From Tubiluchus corallicola (Eukaryota > Animalia > Priapulida), in the NCBI GenBank assembly GCA_030141605.1, contig JAQGDQ010000182.1:62001-126000 (forward strand): a stretch of DNA of 64,000 nucleotides, read 5' to 3'. Numbering within the stretch: the first letter of the stretch is position 1; every line of letters begins with the position of its first letter. Of the stretch, positions 57,420 to 64,000 are shown in pieces. The notes below the pieces were generated by a model, which did no database searches, was not told the origin of the DNA, and saw only the letters and a program-made list of their open reading frames with translations. The position numbers and the translations under genes are program-made.

Positions 57420-57800
57420 TTGTTTTTCCTCACTTATTTTTCCATTTATATATACCTGCCTTCCTCTCTTCTTTTCGTTATTTTTCCTTCTTTATTTTCT
57501 TGCTTTCTCTTTCTTTTTTCTCTCTTTCTTTCATTCTTTGTCCCTTTTGTTTCTTTCTTCTTTTTTGTTTCTTTCTCTTTCATTTTTCTCTTTCTTTTTT
57601 GTTTTCGTTTTCTTCTTCCTCCTATTTCCTTTGCCTCACTTTGTTTCATTTTTGGTCTTTCTCTTTTTTCTTTCTTCCTGCCTTTCTTTTCTTTACGTTT
57701 TTCTCATAACTTAACTTTCCTTTACATGTATGTTTCTTTTCCTTGGCATCTTTTTCCTCTTCATTTTCGTTTTTTATTTATTTTGCTTATCGAAGTACGT
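57420..57800. repeat. Pyrimidine-rich (T/C) low-complexity tract
   Basis: Direct reading; produces the spurious Phe/Leu/Ser-rich ORFs. Confidence 0.85.
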
Positions 57801-58452
57801 TATTTTATTTTACTCAATATTTATTTTCCTTGTGATTTTTTGCTATGTATTATAGCTTTTAAATCATTTTATTCTCTGTCAATATTAGCATTAGTAAGAC
57901 TGCCCTTTGAATAACGAGAAATACATATTGTCAAATATACAGCAACGCCATAACCATAAAAGTTAAAGCAATGCAAAGCAGCAATTCTCTAAAGACCGCC
58001 TTCTTTCGGGTATTCAAACGGTAATTGATTCAATTTCGAAACAGGGTTTTCAAGCCTCAACGAAAAGTTTCAATTACATCTTACATCCTGGCGACCTTTA
58101 ACTGTCTCCGTTCGGAATATTAATGCTGTGCAAATACCGCAAGACACTTATTAAAAACTTACGCACTAACTGCTTCTTAATTTAAAACTTTTGGGAAAGA
58201 GTTAACAGAACACCCACGACAACCGCGTACTATTTTGTGAATGATAATTGACTCATCACACAAGTGTAAACGTTTTCTTGACGCTTTTCAGCTTGGTGGT
58301 AACCAGCTTATAAACATCATGCAGCTAAAACAATAGCACAGAAACCAATGAAAAACAACGTAGTAACGTTCTTGATTGTTCATTTTTTTGCATTGTTTTC
58401 CCGTTCCACATCTCAAGAATGCAAACAAGAAAAAATGTTAATGTGCGTTAAA

Positions 58453-59484
58453 ATGGCCCACAAGTGGACAATAATTTCGGCTTACTACCCACCCCATATT
58501 GACCCAACCAAAGCGCCACTAGCGTATGGACTTAGAGCATTGCCTAAACTAAATGAAGAGCTACAAGACGAAACAGTCGTTACCCGTCAGAGGGCTTTGA
58601 TGGCACTTACCGATCTCCTTCATAATCCAGAAAATGTCACAAGGGCCTGTACAGAGGTAAACATGATACCCAACTTAATCATGCTACTCAGAGACAAGGA
58701 CAAAACTATCAGACACAAGTCCGTCGAGTGCTTGTACATCATTGCCAGTAATGGACCAGGACGTGCTACATTGCTGAGCGTCAGAGCTGTAATTCCAATA
58801 TCTAGGCTTTTTCAGGACAAAGTGGATGTAGTTCGTCTTTTCGCTCACCGCACCGTTCTGCGTATTGCTGGCTGTCCACAGGGAGCTAGGCAAATCGTGC
58901 AGTCCGGCTTGGTACGTAAACTAATAGCAAAACTGCAGACAGAACATTACCAAATTAAGGAAGAAATTCTTGATGAATTGCATCCTTGTCTCATATATGA
59001 TACCAAGGATGCTTTGGAGTGCGGAGCAATGGATATTTTGAAAGCCTTCTTAACTGACGATGCTGACACAATACGTGCCAAAGCAGCACAGGCCCTGATG
59101 GACATCAGCTTTTCTTCAGAAGGCAAGGTTGAAGCAGTCAAGATCGATTGTCTGACTACTTTAGTAGCCATGATGACTGATAAATCAGAAGATGTTCAAG
59201 CCAATGCGGCCGGGGCACTAATGGCCATTGCCATCACAACTGCTGGAAAATATGCTGCCATCGAAGCGGGAGCCATTCCTATGATGCTAGATATACTGTC
59301 CCATCGTAACAGTGCCGTCAGAGCCAACGCCCTAAAGGTCCTCACTGCACTGGCAGAGGCCCCTTGCGGAAAGACAGCTCTACAGGAACACATAGAAACA
59401 ATCAGAGAAAAGACAAAAGACGAAAATCAAGCCGTTTGTAAGCATGCGCAGATTGCTGTGGACCTCATTTCTTGGAAACCCTGA
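58453..59484 (+). CDS. RSPH14: Radial spoke head 14 homolog (RTDR1), armadillo-repeat protein, intronless, nested in the GPCR intron
   Basis: 343-aa uninterrupted ORF from MAH..., with AYGLRALPKLNEELQ, RQRALMALTDLLH, EGKVEAV, NAAGALMAIAITTAGKYAAIEAGAI, ALKVLTALAEAP and C-terminal ISWKP; these motifs are recognisable from human RSPH14 (AYGHRALPKLKEELQ...NAAGALMF...EGKYAAL...IEFKP). The ORF-track extension from 58348 is probably 5' UTR. Candidate poly(A) signal ATTAAA at 59644-59649. Confidence 0.93.
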   Translation: MAHKWTIISAYYPPHIDPTKAPLAYGLRALPKLNEELQDETVVTRQRALMALTDLLHNPENVTRACTEVNMIPNLIMLLRDKDKTIRHKSVECLYIIASNGPGRATLLSVRAVIPISRLFQDKVDVVRLFAHRTVLRIAGCPQGARQIVQSGLVRKLIAKLQTEHYQIKEEILDELHPCLIYDTKDALECGAMDILKAFLTDDADTIRAKAAQALMDISFSSEGKVEAVKIDCLTTLVAMMTDKSEDVQANAAGALMAIAITTAGKYAAIEAGAIPMMLDILSHRNSAVRANALKVLTALAEAPCGKTALQEHIETIREKTKDENQAVCKHAQIAVDLISWKP

Positions 59485-60524
59485 TAATTTGAAGCTGAAA
59501 TCCACGCCCAAGAAATCATTGACACTTTTATAAACATTTACCTGGAAAAAAATTGCCTGGATTTTTTCCGCGCTAAGGCAAGAGTCATCAGTCAAAAATT
59601 CAAGAAATCGTGATTACTGTTCTCCAAAATAAGAAATCTCTAAATTAAACTTAATATTGCTTGTTAATATATTGACTATACACATTTTGCGTGATTTACT
59701 GCTTGTCGTCTCGCTTTTTTCGTTTCTTCATTCATTCATTTATTTGTTTATTCATGCGCTGGCTTGCTTGGTTCATTGCCTTCTTGTTTTTTACTTATAT
59801 GCTTGCCGGTCACTTGTCCACGTGTCTGAGAACTTCTTAGATTGGTTGTATTGTTTCTTTGTTTGTTCTGCATGCTTGTTTGTTTTTCGCTTATTTATTT
59901 GTTTGCTTGTTTATTTATTAGCTTTTCACTTAGTAAGTGCACTATTTGTTGTATTTAAAAAATACAAACAGCTAGAGGCAAATTACACAACGTCTCTATT
60001 ACTCTAGTGCAGATTATATATCAGATAATTTTTTGCCCGAAGCAAAATCAGTTTGAACTGCGAAACAATCATTCGTCTAGAACTCTCCTTATCACATAAT
60101 GACAATCATGAGGAATCAGATTTAGGTTAATAATAGCTTATTTCTTGCTGCAGTGAGTTTCAATTATGACTACATAAGGCAATCTGCAGTCTCTCCACGA
60201 TGATGTTATATCTGTTCAAGAAAGCTTCAGAGGGACTTAACCGCATTAATAATTAATCTATAGTGCACAAAATAATAGCACAGTACAGGCAGAATAGAAC
60301 TACAATATTGATGCGATGTTCTTTTGTTATCTGTGCCTCGACTAAATGATGGATACATACATAAGCTCTTATTGTATAGGTCGTTTCTCTTTCTGTTGTG
60401 GAAATTCATTTGCTGGCTAATTAATTTCGCCTGTTTAGTAATAATTAGTTACTCTACTCTGATAAGAGAATCTCTATAGATATCACCGATACAGGGACAG
60501 CAATGTAGGCAAAGACGGTATTGC

Positions 60525-60782
60525 TAAGCCAGACGGTAAATACTAGTGTTAACTCGTTCGTTTCCGCCTGGGAGGTCGTGAGTTCGATACTGCGGCTGAG
60601 TCGTACAAAAGACTTTAAAAATGATTCTGCTGTTGCCCTGCCTATGTAGTATTTAGGGTGAAAGTGCGGTAATAATAGTCTCTGTTATGTAGTTATAGGT
60701 TGTTATTTATTGTCGGCAAAAAGCTCGTTGAGTTTATGTTAAGTGTTTATCTAAAAGCCGACTATAAATAAAGATTATCGTT

Positions 60783-60785
<3 letters not shown>
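60525..60785 (+). mobile_element. Diverged second copy of the tRNA-derived SINE family
   Basis: gaggtcgtgAGTTCGATAC...gagtcgtacaaaagactttaaaaatgattctgctg parallels 14433-14495; followed by an (AAT)n tract. Confidence 0.65.
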
Positions 60786-60834
<49 letters not shown>

Positions 60835-60938
60835 GTATTATATTAATATAATACTAATTCTTATTATACTAATATTATACTAATATAATTCTTTAATATA
60901 TTATTATTATTATTATTATTAGCATCATCATCATCATC
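60786..60938. repeat. (AAT)n/(ATT)n/(CAT)n low-complexity region
   Basis: Direct reading. Confidence 0.9.
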
Positions 60939-61064
60939 GTGCTCACAAAACGTCAAAATAATTTTTTTCATATTCAAGTAATCAAGAAGTTTAGCGGGTA
61001 CTACTTATCGGCATGTTCCAAGATTAACTATTCGCACTTGTTAATTATTATTATTTTTCTGCAG

Positions 61065-61202
61065 TGTGATGGAGGATTGGGGACCAAAGTTCTTTTTGAA
61101 CAGTTACACAAACCGCCAGTAAAGATCATGGTAATTGGAGCTGGTTGTTCCAGTGTGACACAACCTACAGCGCAAACATCAAAGTATTGGAACCTAATAC
61201 AG
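61065..61202 (+). CDS. GABA-B receptor-like class C GPCR, second coding exon (Venus-flytrap lobe 1); gene continues beyond the window
   Basis: Acceptor tatttttctgcag ends at 61064; 138-nt phase 0-0 exon CDGGLGTKVLFEQLHKPPVKIMVIGAGCSSVTQPTAQTSKYWNLIQ; donor CAG|GTAATT at 61203. Matches the GABA-B segment CD...GCSS...WNL that directly follows the region encoded by exons A and B. Confidence 0.9.
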
Positions 61203-63030
61203 GTAATTCTACCAAAATTCAAAAGAAAGAATTTGTTAATAAACCTGAAAGAAAATTTTTAAACTGGGAATGACTTACGAACTTTTGTTGATGGCTGACA
61301 GTCGTATAGAAAATTCATAGTCCCCAATCCATATGTTAGCAAAATGTAGTATGGCTTCACTTTTACTTTGTTTCAGAATAATGAGGCTTCAAGTAGTAGG
61401 TGCGTGCACACAACACTTGTAGTCATATTTTGTTACATCCCAGGAACATCACTTTATGCGATTTTGAACATCTATTTTGATGGCCAAAGAAATTTATATT
61501 CACTGTAATATCAAGAGTAAACTGAAAACAATCGACTTTTATCTCTCTTACTGGATTCCTTAGAAAGTTTTAAACGATATTTTGCGAGATCTCTTGATTT
61601 TTCCAAACTTTTTCCTTGTCGTTATCACATAAATGGGCTGTAACACGGAGACATTTTCTCAGAATTTTCAGTCCGTGTTTTTTCAATGTTTGCCGACGCT
61701 TTTCTGAATATTTGCCAATTCACCACTTTGTTCATAGAAATGGAGTCGACCCTCGACGATCTTGTATTTTTCGTCACTTTCTCTGCCAGAAGACTAAACG
61801 CATTTCCTGGCTATTATGTATCTGGTTTCGAAGCCATTTTGCGAAAGTGGGAATCTCGGTTAGCTCTGGCATTGATCTGGGGCAGTTGACTGCGATTAAT
61901 GACAAACTCTTCATTATAAGAACACTGCTAGACACTTATGAAGTGGTGAATGTTCATCCATGCGTGCTTTGATTGTTAAGAGACTTTAAAAGCAAGGCTA
62001 TACGCGAATTTGTGCAATTAAATACTATTGTGGTTTAATGAACTGAAAACAGAAGTAACGTGAACGTATTGCTTGAGGAACGCCAAAGCCAAATAACAAT
62101 TCTAATCTACGGTATTTTATTATTACACAATAAAGAAATGTTTAATACTTATTACTGTGGCCTTTGTAAGATTAAATGTATCACGTTATATTCTACACAT
62201 TAACTTAGCTGTCATTTGGTTGTATGAGTAAAAATATTAGATTTGGACTAATTCCCATTATGAGAAATTTGTTTCTTTTGATGCGCAGTTATGTTTTCAC
62301 GCTGACTTTCTTCGGAAAAAATGTCAACTGTAGATCTAAATCTTTCTTTTCCAAGCGATACCTTTCTAAAACCTTTTGAATTATGTAGAAATGCTGTGAG
62401 CAGCCTTTTTTTCTAGTGTGGTGAGCAAAAATATAAAAAATGGGGTGGCCTTGGGAATGGCCTTTCTTTCCTGTTCTTTTCTTCTGGAACAATTTTTTCT
62501 GGAGCATGTTAAAAGTACCTTATCTATTTTTTATCTATAACTATCGTGGTTGATTTACACTGATGGTACTCATAATCGTGGGACCATCCGTTGGCACATC
62601 GCTCTAAATTTCACAAATATCTGTTTTTCATAAATTTGAAAGCAGAACAAAGATATTATATTAATCAACTCATTAGGAAAAGGCAAACAGCAGGTATATC
62701 ACTCTATGGTAGCTACTATGCTCCACTGGGTTTCAAGCTTAACAGTTTTCTTTACCTGGTTTTTTCATAGCAGTTACAATTGTGATAAACAACAGCAGCT
62801 GCAGCAGGCTTTAACAAAGCTAGAACTTAGACATCTTATACATGCAGTTATAGCAATTAATATTCAAACGCCAATGATGATGATAGTAAATAATTTTAAG
62901 GATTAAACACAGGAAATTGTAAAAATGTATAAGAAATAAAAAATTTAAATGTAAATCTGTCTGTTTTCTATTTCGCTTATGTGACACATTGCTTAAGTGT
63001 ATATTTGTGCATAGACAGATCATTTGAAGG

Positions 63031-63440
<410 letters not shown>

Positions 63441-64000
63441 TCCCTTCTGCCTCCCTCATATTCCCATTCTCTTTTCGTACTTCTCCCTACTTTTCTTCAT
63501 TTTCAGTTTTTTTCCTATTGTCTTTTCTTTTCACGCAGACTTTCTTCTCTTTTTTCACCTGCCCTTAAATTGTATCTGTTCTTTGTATATCACTGTAGTT
63601 GTAACTGTCCTTTGTATATCACTTTTCTTTTGTTTCCTTTTTCTCTTTTCTCTCCTTTTGCACAAATTGTGCTTCAAAACTCAAAGCACGTTTGTAAAGC
63701 CCAGTTAGGCACAATGCAGCTACTCGGTCATAATCGAATTACAACGTAAAGGGGTTCATGAACATTTAATAATAGTGAAAGGCGGAGAAAAAGTGGAATA
63801 GCTTTGATTGAATCTGAAACTGGCGAATCGTTATTAATTGTATCAGTCTGAGCTTTTGTGATCAGCAAAGATTGTCTGAAATCAGTCGCTTGAGCAGCTG
63901 CAGCCTTGAGGTCTGGAAAAATTCTTACAAGCTTGACAGGCGATTCAAATAGTACAGTCATTTTTAATGTAATTATTTCTTTTCATAGGCCGTTTTCTAT

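Noticed and set aside
57338-57914. Hydrophobic multi-TM-looking ORFs
   Set aside because: Produced by a T/C low-complexity tract.
58348-58452. Signal-peptide-like N-terminal extension of RSPH14 in the ORF track
   Set aside because: Homology starts at MAH (58453), which has a good Kozak context, and RSPH14 is an intracellular axonemal protein; the extension is probably UTR.
61616-61972. Overlapping ORFs just downstream of the shared exon, as a candidate exon 3
   Set aside because: No frame gives the expected xSY...SPALS...FFR motif; stops occur in the plausible frames on both strands.

Overview
AT-rich, microsatellite-rich animal (invertebrate-type) genomic DNA, almost entirely intronic; most of the ORF track is microsatellite artefact. 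The window holds the 5' end of a plus-strand GABA-B-receptor-like class C GPCR gene with an unusual layout. Two paralogous first coding exons (A, 2067-2363; B, 38035-38304) each encode a signal peptide plus the start of the Venus-flytrap domain and end at the same phase-0 donor. Only one matching downstream exon (61065-61202) is visible. Two other genes are nested in these introns: an intronless, full-length RSPH14/RTDR1 ARM-repeat ORF on the same strand (58453-59484), and a spliced antisense gene for a 131-aa protein I do not recognise (37580-37573 + 36986-36599), head-to-head with exon B across a ~450 bp promoter-like region. The rest is MITEs, tRNA-derived SINEs, minisatellites, a recent 260-bp tandem duplication and simple repeats. 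All calls come from reading the sequence by eye; no searches were run.
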